This document shows, one piece after another, positions 38,795 to 47,907 of a stretch of 64,000 bases of DNA. Positions within the stretch are counted from its first letter, which is position 1; each line of letters opens with the position of its first letter. The position numbers and the translations under genes were made by a program. The notes below the pieces were generated by a model. The model saw only the letters and a list, made by a program, of their open reading frames with translations. It had not been told where the DNA came from and searched no databases. Origin of the DNA: Nitrospirota bacterium (GTDB lineage: Bacteria; Nitrospirota; Nitrospiria; Nitrospirales; Nitrospiraceae); contig CAVPGK010000014.1 in assembly GCA_963703955.1 (NCBI GenBank), positions 32,001 through 96,000 on the forward strand, given 5' to 3'.

Positions 38795-41699
38795 GTTCGC
38801 TTTGTTCCTTTTTTGATGACACGTGTGCTAATGGGTTGGCTCTTAGATTGACATAGAATGTCGTTCCACTTCCCAGGGTACTCTCAACCTCAATGAAACC
38901 ATGGTGCTCCTGGATGATTTGATGGACGATGTTGAGGCCCAGTCCGGTTCCTTCACGTTCTCCACTCTCATGCTTGGTGGTATAGAAAGGGTCGAAAATG
39001 TGCTCCAAGTTGGCAGGTGCGATCCCGCTCCCCGTATCGGACACCTCGATCTGAACCCACAGATCGCCGGAGAGTTTTGTCACGCGATGCGTTCTCACGG
39101 TCAATTGGCCACCATCCTTATCCATCGCCTCCATCGCATTCTGAAACAGATTGTGCAAGACTTGTATGATTTGTTGCCGGTCGAGGAGGATACGGGGCAA
39201 ATCATCAGTCAGGTCTCGCTCGATTGTAATGGACTTGTTGGCAGCCTTGACCTCTATATAATAGAGACAGGAGGCCACGACGTCGTTGAGGTCCTCCTCA
39301 TTCAACTTGGGTTCCATGTATCGGGCGTAATCCAGGATTTCGTGGATCAGACGCTCGATCCGGCGGACATCTTCGATAACCACTTTGCTGAATTGATCGA
39401 TAAACTCTGCATCATGTCTTCGGCTTGGCGCCAACTGGATAAAGGTCTTAATGGATGTGAGGGGGTTTCGAATCTCATGTGCAAATCCACCTGCCATCGT
39501 TTCGAGAGAACGGAGGCGATCGGTGCGCCGCATGAGGAGTTGGGAGCGTTTGAGGTCCGTGTAGAGGATGGCATTGTCCAGAGCGACGGCGGCGTTCTGA
39601 GCTAGGGAAGTCAGCAGATTCAGATCGTCTTCGGTGTACTGGTAATGGTCATTCCGATGTCCCAAGTTAATAAAACCGATGACGCGATCCTTGTTGATCA
39701 AGGGAAGGCAAACCTCGGATGACATCTGCTGTAGGGTCTGCATGACGGATCGAGGAACGTCCGGGCTCCGCGCGTGCTCCAATTCTTCGCGGACGAGAAT
39801 CGATTGACAATATCTTAAGTGATAGGGCAAGCCGTCCTCTGCCGGTAGGCGGATGGTCTTGAGCTTCTCCGAATCTCTTGAATTTGCCAGCGCCAATGTG
39901 TAGAGGGCCTTTTCGTTATCCAGCAAAAACAACGAGATGTGTTTGATGCCCAATGATTTTTCGAGGGTGGCCAAAATGGTCTGAGTAAGTGTCGGCAGGT
40001 CCAAGATCGACACCATGGCCTTGCTGAATTCTCTCAAGGTGTCATAGGCCTCCTGTCTGCCCTTAAACAGGGTCTTGCCCACGATGCCTTCCACGTGTTT
40101 CTGCAGAGTGGCAAGAATTCCGGCGAAAATCATGTTGGTGGCCAGCAGGATTCCCGCCAACTGATAGTGCATGGAGCCGGTAAAGAGTCTAACCAAGAAG
40201 AGGATCACCACGTATGAAAGGGTTCCGATTGAAAACGCTTCGATATATGGGAGAACTTTGGATTTCGTCAGGACGAGGGAAATGTCCAGGAGTTGGTACC
40301 TGGCAATCGCATAGGAAACGATCAGAGTCCACGCGCTGACACAAAGGTAGCCCAGGGGATAGAACTCGACGCCGTAGTTCTGCACGAAATCGAGAGAGGC
40401 AAGATAGCCGATGACAAACGCCCAGAAGACATACTTAACCCGTGTGGCTTCAAGGGCATGTGCGGCAGCTTTATAGCCTGTGTGAAGCTTGAAAATCGAC
40501 AAGACGCTGACCCAGCCGAAATACACCAAGAAAACCGGGTGAAGGAGACCAGCTCTTGGATAGAACCCCCAAAAATAGGAGTAGTAGCCATCGATCAAAT
40601 AGGTGGTGGGAACGAGAAACAGGAAGATCGTGCTGATCAGGTAATTTGGCACAATCCACCTACAGCGGGGATGCGTTTGCAGAAGACTCACGCAGAAGTG
40701 GTAGAAAAAGGCCGGAATATAGACCACACCGGCGTAGACCACTTTGGCCCAGAACTGGACCTCTTCCGCACTCGATGCCGAATAAATCATGAAGAATCCG
40801 AACAGCCAGGTACTTAAACCGATGCAAATCAGACTGAAGGTGATATTCTTCACGGTCCGATGGCTTTTCATGAAAATCCATAAGCCACAGGCGACAACCA
40901 AACTGCCCGCGAGCAGCGGCGGGAGCGAATAGAGTGTGGCGCGTTCGCTGATGAGCACACCTAGGTAGATTGGCAACGTGATCGCCGCCAACAAGAGTCC
41001 GTAGGTAAGACCTTTGTGCATTACGATGGTGATGTCCATTAGTCGATGGCGGACGATCGCGTAAGAAATGATTCCGGCGAACAAGACCAGAAGGAAATCG
41101 TGCGGAAATGGCTCTACTTGGACATAGGCTCCGACGAAATGCATGAGCCCGGCGGTGTAGGCAAGCGCAAACGAAGCAAGGACGTACCCGAGCTGATTTC
41201 TTCTTAATCCCGTTGACTGAACATAGCTTCTAAAGGTCTTGTAGAACGCGAAACCGCAACCCAATCCAAAAAATGCCGTGAAAGGTATAAAGAGCCCACC
41301 GGGAATGACCGCGTACAAGAAATCGTGGCGGACGACCCCTTGTATAAAGCTGTGACTGAATGCGAAGGCCGAGAAAACAAATGAGCAAACAAGTAAGCCT
41401 GTCAAGAAGTGTCGTTCGAAAGGATCGTGTTCCAAATGCAAGAGGACGACGACAAAATAATAAAATGCAGTTGGCACAAACGGAGCGAATACGTACACTA
41501 TTCGACCCACGATAGCAGCCGTTTCATCACTCGCGGGAAGGGAGATAAGAAAAGGGAAAACGGTCCACGTGCCTGCAAGGAAGGCGATGAGCGCAAAGGA
41601 TCGGTTAAGAAGTTTCTCGGTATCCTTTAAGTAAACTAAAAGCCCTACGCTCAGGCAGCTAGCTGATGCTGTCAGGGAGGCGAGCGGATAGAGATTCAC
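38766..41699 (-). CDS. Sensor histidine kinase with two tandem 7TM (HisKA_7TM-like) domains, GAF, HisKA, HATPase
   Basis: Repeated membrane modules ending 'YAIVRHRLMDI' and 'YAIARYQLLDI'; 'AHEIRNPL', 'NLFQNAMEA', 'DTGSGI', 'GTGLGL'; GTG start overlaps upstream TGA (GTGA 41696-41699). Confidence 0.92.
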   Translation of the reverse strand: MNLYPLASLTASASCLSVGLLVYLKDTEKLLNRSFALIAFLAGTWTVFPFLISLPASDETAAIVGRIVYVFAPFVPTAFYYFVVVLLHLEHDPFERHFLTGLLVCSFVFSAFAFSHSFIQGVVRHDFLYAVIPGGLFIPFTAFFGLGCGFAFYKTFRSYVQSTGLRRNQLGYVLASFALAYTAGLMHFVGAYVQVEPFPHDFLLVLFAGIISYAIVRHRLMDITIVMHKGLTYGLLLAAITLPIYLGVLISERATLYSLPPLLAGSLVVACGLWIFMKSHRTVKNITFSLICIGLSTWLFGFFMIYSASSAEEVQFWAKVVYAGVVYIPAFFYHFCVSLLQTHPRCRWIVPNYLISTIFLFLVPTTYLIDGYYSYFWGFYPRAGLLHPVFLVYFGWVSVLSIFKLHTGYKAAAHALEATRVKYVFWAFVIGYLASLDFVQNYGVEFYPLGYLCVSAWTLIVSYAIARYQLLDISLVLTKSKVLPYIEAFSIGTLSYVVILFLVRLFTGSMHYQLAGILLATNMIFAGILATLQKHVEGIVGKTLFKGRQEAYDTLREFSKAMVSILDLPTLTQTILATLEKSLGIKHISLFLLDNEKALYTLALANSRDSEKLKTIRLPAEDGLPYHLRYCQSILVREELEHARSPDVPRSVMQTLQQMSSEVCLPLINKDRVIGFINLGHRNDHYQYTEDDLNLLTSLAQNAAVALDNAILYTDLKRSQLLMRRTDRLRSLETMAGGFAHEIRNPLTSIKTFIQLAPSRRHDAEFIDQFSKVVIEDVRRIERLIHEILDYARYMEPKLNEEDLNDVVASCLYYIEVKAANKSITIERDLTDDLPRILLDRQQIIQVLHNLFQNAMEAMDKDGGQLTVRTHRVTKLSGDLWVQIEVSDTGSGIAPANLEHIFDPFYTTKHESGEREGTGLGLNIVHQIIQEHHGFIEVESTLGSGTTFYVNLRANPLAHVSSKKEQSEHEKAGSIGR

Positions 41700-43948
41700 T
41701 TGCTGGTTTTCCGCATCCTGGTTATGGTAATGCCTTGTAGGTGGGAGGTTTTCTGCCACACGTAGTTCAACTCGCCATATGGTCCTCCTGTTCTGCGGGT
41801 CCCTCCATGCGTCGCCAAAAAAGGTGAGAAGCCTGCATGTCGACAATTGATTCGCAAGAGCCCACTGTTGTGGATCTGCTCGGAAAATTTATTGACGTAA
41901 AAGGGCGATGAAGCCCAAGCGGACACTCGGAGGCCATACTCATTGTTGTTTGCTACGTGGACCATTTTCTTGAAGATAACCATGTCCTTCGTGCCCTTAT
42001 CAGCGCCCCTCGCATCTGCAGAGACTCTTATGAGTGGGATCAGGGGAAAAAAGTTTTCCTCGTTCATACACCTCATTTGAGACGCCTTCGAAAGATCCTT
42101 TACCCTGATCACCGTCGGAGTAATGAATTGACCATGATTGTCAGGAATCGCCTTATAATTCACTCTGTATCCACCACAGAGCAACTCGGCTCCTTTGGCT
42201 AACGCTTCCTCTAGGAACTCGAAGAACTCAGGAATCTTTATGACCGGTGAGAAAGTAACGTGTGGATCGGTTGGCAACCCGATTCGCAGCTTTTTGACAG
42301 CTGAAAGAAATAGCTCCTGAAAAGACTCAAAAATATCCTCGTGGATAAAGGCTTTTTTCGGTACCATGCAAACCTGTGTGGAACCCATAAACCCGTCCAA
42401 TAATGATTGGACCGCCATCTCCAAGGGAGCATCCTTCCAAACGAACATCATGTCGTTTCCAGAAAGTTCGAGAATAGGTTTTTTCCCATTCTCATAGGCT
42501 CGAGCCCCAATCTTGAGTCCAGTCTTGCTGTCTCCAATGAAAATTAGGTCGTTAACAAGTTGACTGTTGAGCCATTCATCAACAATCAACTCGGAGTTTC
42601 CAACTACAAGATTCACTGTTCCATCGGGTGCATGATTGTGTTTCAATGACTCGTGAACGACGTTCTTCCAGAGGAAGAGGGTGGAAATAGGGGATTGAAG
42701 CGGAGGCTTCACAACGAGAGTATTCCCGGAAAGAAGAGCGAAACCGGCGATTAATGAGGCGCTGCACGGCGCGTTCCTAGGAGGGCTGACGCACACAACT
42801 CCATCGGGCTTTCTCTTCCAATACAGATTCTCTTCGTCGACCACGGCTATCTTCCTTGTGAGGTGTTGAACATAAAAGTCGAGTGAAGGCTTGCGGTAAG
42901 CCTGTTCCATTCCAAGGAATTCCCATTCGGCCAACTGTCGTGGGTGACCTTCAACAACCATGAGTTCGATCAGCTGGTCTTTATTTATCAGCAGAAGGTC
43001 ATGTATGTCTGTGGCGATCCTTAGGCGTTTGGAAAGAGAGAAATAGCGAAATTCCTGGCTGGCCGCGTAGGCGGCCTCGAGAGCCGCTCGATTGGTATCT
43101 TTCTTGCCGAAACAATAACGCGCGTATATGTAATCCTTATAGTTTGGTGGAACCTGTCCTCGCTTGACCTGCTTCATCACCTGCGAGACTGCTTCCTGGT
43201 CCGTAAGAAGTTTAGCTGCGGGGACCACATACTTGTAATGGCCTGTGTCGATATCGTTACCGTTGATCAGCAAGGCGAAGGTCGGAATATCCAGATTGAG
43301 GGCGAGGGGTGCTTCCTTGTCGACAGGATGAGATATTTGGACGAACGGCAGGGGCGGTTGAGTCTGTGGTTGCCGTGCAGATATCAGCGCGTCATACGTC
43401 AAAGGAGGAAGGATCTGTGGGACGTTGGCCATGTCGGCATGAGCCTTGTCGTTAGCAGGAGGGCGGTACAACCTTGCAGCTTCTTCAGCAAGACTGTCTC
43501 GAGAGAGGAAAATGGTCAGGAGAGATTTGTCACGCGTCGGGCCTATTCGGCCTAGTTCGTCCAAAAGTGAAAGAAGAATGATCTGCTCCCATTCTCGAAT
43601 ATCTGAAAACTTAATCCCGATGATATCGAGTGCGCCATGTTGCGCGTAACGGCAGTAGACAATCTGTCCGCAAACGTTCAAATAACAGATATTGCCGCCG
43701 AATGAAAACTTGAGGGCGAGAGGGGTGCCCATAGCCAAGGGGACGCCGCTGACTACTCTCAAACCTCCTGGGCTGATATCTTCCGTCTGACAAGAAATTG
43801 AAGTGTCCTTGATATGGATGCAGGTGGGGATGTGAAGTGACTTCCGTATATGTCGACGGACATACGGTCGTTGTGTCTCAGACTCCAGACTTTCCCATGC
43901 CGACAGCATGGTTCTCTTAGGGAGGTGTTCTTTAGTACCTTGTGGCAT
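41696..43948 (-). CDS. PilZ domain - aldehyde dehydrogenase family fusion
   Basis: PilZ 'RRHIR...DISPGG'; ALDH 'PPRNAP', 'GNTLVVKP', 'FIGDSKTG', 'LELSGND', 'TQVCM', 'EENFFP', 'NNEYGL'. Confidence 0.88.
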   Translation of the reverse strand: MPQGTKEHLPKRTMLSAWESLESETQRPYVRRHIRKSLHIPTCIHIKDTSISCQTEDISPGGLRVVSGVPLAMGTPLALKFSFGGNICYLNVCGQIVYCRYAQHGALDIIGIKFSDIREWEQIILLSLLDELGRIGPTRDKSLLTIFLSRDSLAEEAARLYRPPANDKAHADMANVPQILPPLTYDALISARQPQTQPPLPFVQISHPVDKEAPLALNLDIPTFALLINGNDIDTGHYKYVVPAAKLLTDQEAVSQVMKQVKRGQVPPNYKDYIYARYCFGKKDTNRAALEAAYAASQEFRYFSLSKRLRIATDIHDLLLINKDQLIELMVVEGHPRQLAEWEFLGMEQAYRKPSLDFYVQHLTRKIAVVDEENLYWKRKPDGVVCVSPPRNAPCSASLIAGFALLSGNTLVVKPPLQSPISTLFLWKNVVHESLKHNHAPDGTVNLVVGNSELIVDEWLNSQLVNDLIFIGDSKTGLKIGARAYENGKKPILELSGNDMMFVWKDAPLEMAVQSLLDGFMGSTQVCMVPKKAFIHEDIFESFQELFLSAVKKLRIGLPTDPHVTFSPVIKIPEFFEFLEEALAKGAELLCGGYRVNYKAIPDNHGQFITPTVIRVKDLSKASQMRCMNEENFFPLIPLIRVSADARGADKGTKDMVIFKKMVHVANNNEYGLRVSAWASSPFYVNKFSEQIHNSGLLRINCRHAGFSPFLATHGGTRRTGGPYGELNYVWQKTSHLQGITITRMRKTSK

Positions 43949-44086
43949 CCTAAATGCCTTTGAAGCTACAATGGCGCGCCCTGCACATTACGAAACCGAC
44001 TTCATGCTAAAGAATCAGGAAGGAAAGCAGTCTGAAGGTTCTCATGATCATCAGACACTTAGCTCGTCGAAGCTTTGATCGACAAA

Positions 44087-44114
44087 ATTGTACACTCTTC
44101 TGCATATAATGCAA
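44087..44114 (-). promoter_or_regulatory. Possible promoter of the PilZ-ALDH/HK/NtrC operon with overlapping palindrome
   Basis: Minus strand TTGCAT-N16-TACAAT; TGCAT-ATA-ATGCA palindrome at 44101-44113. Confidence 0.35.
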
Positions 44115-44310
44115 TACCTAAGAGGAATATTGACCTCGGAGGTTCCAGGCTCTCAGCGGGCTAGAGATTCTATAGAAGTCCAAACTGAAGAGTTTTTTCG
44201 GCGGTGTATGTGATTCAGAAGCCCTCGCTATGCCTGATAATTTTGAAAATATCAAGAAAAATATTTAGGAATACTAAAATTACATCAGAGACGTGCAGTT
44301 GGGGCTCATC

Positions 44311-47300
44311 TCAGGTCATCTTTTGTCCCCCCTTTTCTGCAACAGCGATGTAGGCCTGGTTCGCGAATGTCGAATAGATACGGGGCTGCAGGGCCCCGGA
44401 CGAGATCAACAGCGTCGCCAACTCTTGCCGATCGAAGAATCGAAAAACGCCTTCCTGCTCCCGCTGCGCAATCTTCCCTGATGTGTTCAATACCTGTTTC
44501 GCTTTTTCAATTTCCTCGGCTGGTTTACCGAGTCCAAGAAAATTCCGATAAATAGGAGAGAGATCCGCCTGAGGCTTGAAGATCGTCATGACCAGTCTTC
44601 CTCCCGGGGATAGCACTCGCATTAGTTCACGAAGAGTAAAGAGGGGGTCGCGAAGGTATCCGATGACCAAGTTACACAAGATTCGATTGAACTGGTTATC
44701 ATGAAAGGGCAATGTCTGGTCAAGGTCTGCTTGCGCGAGCGCCGACGCCAGAATCGGAAGGGGCCTTTCGGTTGAAGGGAACCGCTCATGAATGTCGGCA
44801 GCGACCCTTGACAAGTTAAGCTGCGCCTGCGAGAGCCCGCTCATAACGAAATCGACTCCCAAGTACCGCATTCGTTGGGTAACCGGAGAGTTTCGTAAGC
44901 GATATGATTCGTTAATAAACAAGAACATCCCAAAATTGCCGTTTCCGCAGCCGGCGTCCAAAACGCAGTCGTTCTCGCCAAGATTACCCATGAGACGGTA
45001 GATGTGGTCGAGGAGATGCCAATAGTCAGAAAAGTTCACAATGAACTGAGACTGGTCGAGATAGTCTCGCCAGAATTCAAACGCCTCAGATTTGGCCATG
45101 TGGTGTTGCGTGCGAGCACGCTCTCGTTCAAGCCGAACCTGGCGATCGAGTTCGTGATCCGACGGGAGAGCAAGTTGGAACGCATCGGAGAGCGGATAGA
45201 ACCAAGCTCGGCAACACTGCACCATCCGTTGAAAGACGTCCCGCGCACGCTCCGGGCGTTTGTGGATGTCATGAACCGCATCGGCCATGAGATACCAGTC
45301 AATGGCATATTCCCGCAGGGAGGTTTTCACCTTCTTTAACGCGCCTTGATCAACCCACGAATCGTGTTCCGATGAAAAGAAAACGACCGGGGTTTTCACT
45401 TGCTCGGCATCCTTCAGCGTCGTCTCCAGATCGGAATACTCTTGTCGGGTCGCATCTGCCAGCCATCGATCTGCATCAACCGAAAACCCCAGCAGATTGC
45501 TGACCCCCCGTCTCATGCCGTGAAGGTGGCCGCCAACCAAATCTTCCCCGTGTACGGTCCGTAACGTCGACTGCACGTCAACCACTCCGCCCAAGAGAAG
45601 AAGGAACTTGACAGTACGGCTCTGCAAGATAGTCTTCAACGCGACCCGGCCGGTCACTCCCGAGGCTACCACAAGGACCGGACTGGCGGGCCAGAGACGA
45701 TCAGCGTAGCTCAGAATCGCGCGGAGATCTTCGTTCATCGTCGTGAGCGTGGTATGGACGATGTCGCCCTGACTGTCGCCGATATGAAATGTGTGGTCAT
45801 ATCGAATCACCCGAAAGCCGTTGCCGGCGAAATGATAGGCCAACGAGACATAGTCTCTCTTGGTTTCTCCGAATCCAGGGGCAAGAATGACGAGCGGAGA
45901 GCCAGGCGGGAGTGCCTCACGGGGATGATCATGGTACAGCACGAGGCGACGTCCTCTTTCATTGAGGCATTCCAGCAACTCACTAACCAAGGTCGTTTGT
46001 TCATGAGGGTCCTGGATACGGTCGGGCGAGGTAAGGTAGTGAGTGATGAGTTCCGCAATCCTGCGCTCGGAGGCGCCGTCAAAACGTATGAACCGAAGCC
46101 CGATGAGGAGGGGAGTTGCTGATGAGGGCTCTGAAGGAGTTGTCGAAACAGCGGAGGCCGAAGAAACCCACACCACGTCGCCCATGACGCAATCTTCCTT
46201 CCCTGGCGCGTTCTCCGTGGAACGATCCGATACCGTTCGAGAAGTGTCCAGACACAGACGAATGCGATGACCCACTACGTCGGGTGAGGCGTGTAGTCGC
46301 ACCCGGGCCCCAGTGGTCGTCAAATCGACCAGGTGAGCCTCCACACGGTCAAATCTCGGGGCAGTTCCGATTGATCCCACTTGAACAGGGACATCGAGAT
46401 GTACGCGAGCTGATACGCGCCGATCCCCGGGACCCCCTTCATTCTTCTTGGCAAAGCCTGCCGGGATATCAACGAGCTCAACACGCTCATGATCGGTCAG
46501 TATGCCGGACTGGTGCTGTCCTGCGTCGCGCGGTAGGAGCACGGCGGTCAGCTTGACCGTGACTGTTCGACTGCGGAGGCCTTCGAACAGCGATTTCAGT
46601 ATTCGGCTTTCCGAATCCTGGAGGACTGAGAATTCAACGGCGAGTCCGGTCAATGAGAGCTTGTCGTGGTGATCCTGAGTGACAGCGGGCTCACGGAGTT
46701 CACAGACCCTCCCCGAAATCTCCAAGATCCCCACGTCGCTGATGAATCCTAATCGGATCGACTGGAACACATGTGCGGACACCGGCCCTTTGAATACTGT
46801 GTATACGCCGCCCAGGCTGACGTTCAGGGTCGTGCCGGTCCACGCGGTCCCATTGAGTCGCAGATAGGTCTCCATCTGAACTTCAGTTCGCGGAGAGCGG
46901 CGTCGTTCGGGGAAAAGGCACTCGTCGGTTGTCTTGGACGGAACGAGGCGGATGGGTGAGTCTTCGACTTTCGTCGACATCGGGGGAGTGTGAGGAACTG
47001 CGGACCCCGACGATCCATAACCGAACTCTTTCTGAACATCCTGCAAGGTGTGAAGCAGTTGCTCCGCGTTCGCGAGGATCGTGGCGAGGGGGGGTGCCAA
47101 GTCCGCGAGCCGGCGCGCCAGGCGTTCCTTATCTTGCGATTCAACGACTGGCCTCAGTACGCCAGTCGTTCCGAGATACTGGCGATACCGATCGTACAGA
47201 GCCGTGGCATTGACCTCGACGACGATGGGTTTCTGCGCTTCTCCTTTGACCTTGAGTTGAAGCTGGAGCTTCCTCGTCGCGCGGGGCAATGAACGTCGTT

Positions 47301-47907
47301 CGTTGAAGTGCCGATTCGCCTTCACCAATTCATCGGAGCCGAGGATCGAGGAATACGGGAGTCCGATCAATTCGTGAGGCTCATAATTGAGCAATGCCTT
47401 CACGGCCGGGCTGAGATACACAAATCGCCCCTCGGCATCGAGTTCATAAATCGTTTCAGTCAGGTTCTCGATCAGGTTTTGGTACCGATCCTGCGAGAGA
47501 TCGAGCCGTGAACGCAGATCCCGCTTTTCGAGCGCCTCTCGGGTGACAATCGGCAGGTCCATGAGCGCTGCGGGTGAATACTTGAAAAAATAATAATCTG
47601 CTCCGCCGCGCATCACGCGAAGCGCGACGCGCGGGTCTTGCTGAACGCCTTCGACGATGATGGCGGATTGTGGAGCTCGACGCCTGATTTCCTGGAGAAG
47701 ATCGAGATCGCCCGCATGGGGAAGTTGCTCGTCGAGAAGGATCATGTGCCAGTCGAGTTTGGATGCCCACTCCAAGGCCTCGTTCGCGGAATAGACGGCC
47801 TCCACTCGACATCCGGGGTAAAAGGATCTCAGACTCACGGTCATGAGTTTGATTTCCTCCGCTTGCTCATTGACGAGCAAGACTGTCATGGCTTCAGATT
47901 TAGGCAT
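44311..47907 (-). CDS. Multidomain REC-PAS-PilZ-PilZ-LuxD-like acyltransferase/thioesterase-SAM methyltransferase
   Basis: REC 'ILLDEQLP'; PAS 'IYELDAEGRFVYLSP'; PilZ 'RRRSPR..NVSLGG' and 'RRVSAR..DLTTTG'; LuxD-like 'APGFG','NGFRVIRYD..HIGDSQG','GVVDV','DSWV','HDI'; MTase 'VLDAGCGNG','LSPGG'. Confidence 0.85.
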   Translation of the reverse strand: MPKSEAMTVLLVNEQAEEIKLMTVSLRSFYPGCRVEAVYSANEALEWASKLDWHMILLDEQLPHAGDLDLLQEIRRRAPQSAIIVEGVQQDPRVALRVMRGGADYYFFKYSPAALMDLPIVTREALEKRDLRSRLDLSQDRYQNLIENLTETIYELDAEGRFVYLSPAVKALLNYEPHELIGLPYSSILGSDELVKANRHFNERRSLPRATRKLQLQLKVKGEAQKPIVVEVNATALYDRYRQYLGTTGVLRPVVESQDKERLARRLADLAPPLATILANAEQLLHTLQDVQKEFGYGSSGSAVPHTPPMSTKVEDSPIRLVPSKTTDECLFPERRRSPRTEVQMETYLRLNGTAWTGTTLNVSLGGVYTVFKGPVSAHVFQSIRLGFISDVGILEISGRVCELREPAVTQDHHDKLSLTGLAVEFSVLQDSESRILKSLFEGLRSRTVTVKLTAVLLPRDAGQHQSGILTDHERVELVDIPAGFAKKNEGGPGDRRVSARVHLDVPVQVGSIGTAPRFDRVEAHLVDLTTTGARVRLHASPDVVGHRIRLCLDTSRTVSDRSTENAPGKEDCVMGDVVWVSSASAVSTTPSEPSSATPLLIGLRFIRFDGASERRIAELITHYLTSPDRIQDPHEQTTLVSELLECLNERGRRLVLYHDHPREALPPGSPLVILAPGFGETKRDYVSLAYHFAGNGFRVIRYDHTFHIGDSQGDIVHTTLTTMNEDLRAILSYADRLWPASPVLVVASGVTGRVALKTILQSRTVKFLLLLGGVVDVQSTLRTVHGEDLVGGHLHGMRRGVSNLLGFSVDADRWLADATRQEYSDLETTLKDAEQVKTPVVFFSSEHDSWVDQGALKKVKTSLREYAIDWYLMADAVHDIHKRPERARDVFQRMVQCCRAWFYPLSDAFQLALPSDHELDRQVRLERERARTQHHMAKSEAFEFWRDYLDQSQFIVNFSDYWHLLDHIYRLMGNLGENDCVLDAGCGNGNFGMFLFINESYRLRNSPVTQRMRYLGVDFVMSGLSQAQLNLSRVAADIHERFPSTERPLPILASALAQADLDQTLPFHDNQFNRILCNLVIGYLRDPLFTLRELMRVLSPGGRLVMTIFKPQADLSPIYRNFLGLGKPAEEIEKAKQVLNTSGKIAQREQEGVFRFFDRQELATLLISSGALQPRIYSTFANQAYIAVAEKGGQKMT

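Noticed and set aside
41700..41846. N-terminal extension of the histidine kinase given in the ORF track
   Set aside because: Overlaps the ALDH gene by 150 bp; the GTG at 41699 coupled to the ALDH stop fits the domain start
44235..44254. Fur box
   Set aside because: Only the GATAAT half matches; about half the consensus positions differ
43949..44310. Sigma-54 (-24/-12) promoter for the signalling operon
   Set aside because: No TGGC-N9-GC match found by eye here, upstream of 47907, or upstream of the Wza-like gene
41696..47907. Bioluminescence (lux) operon
   Set aside because: No luxA/luxB luciferase or luxE in the window; the ALDH has canonical ALDH motifs rather than a recognisable LuxC sequence
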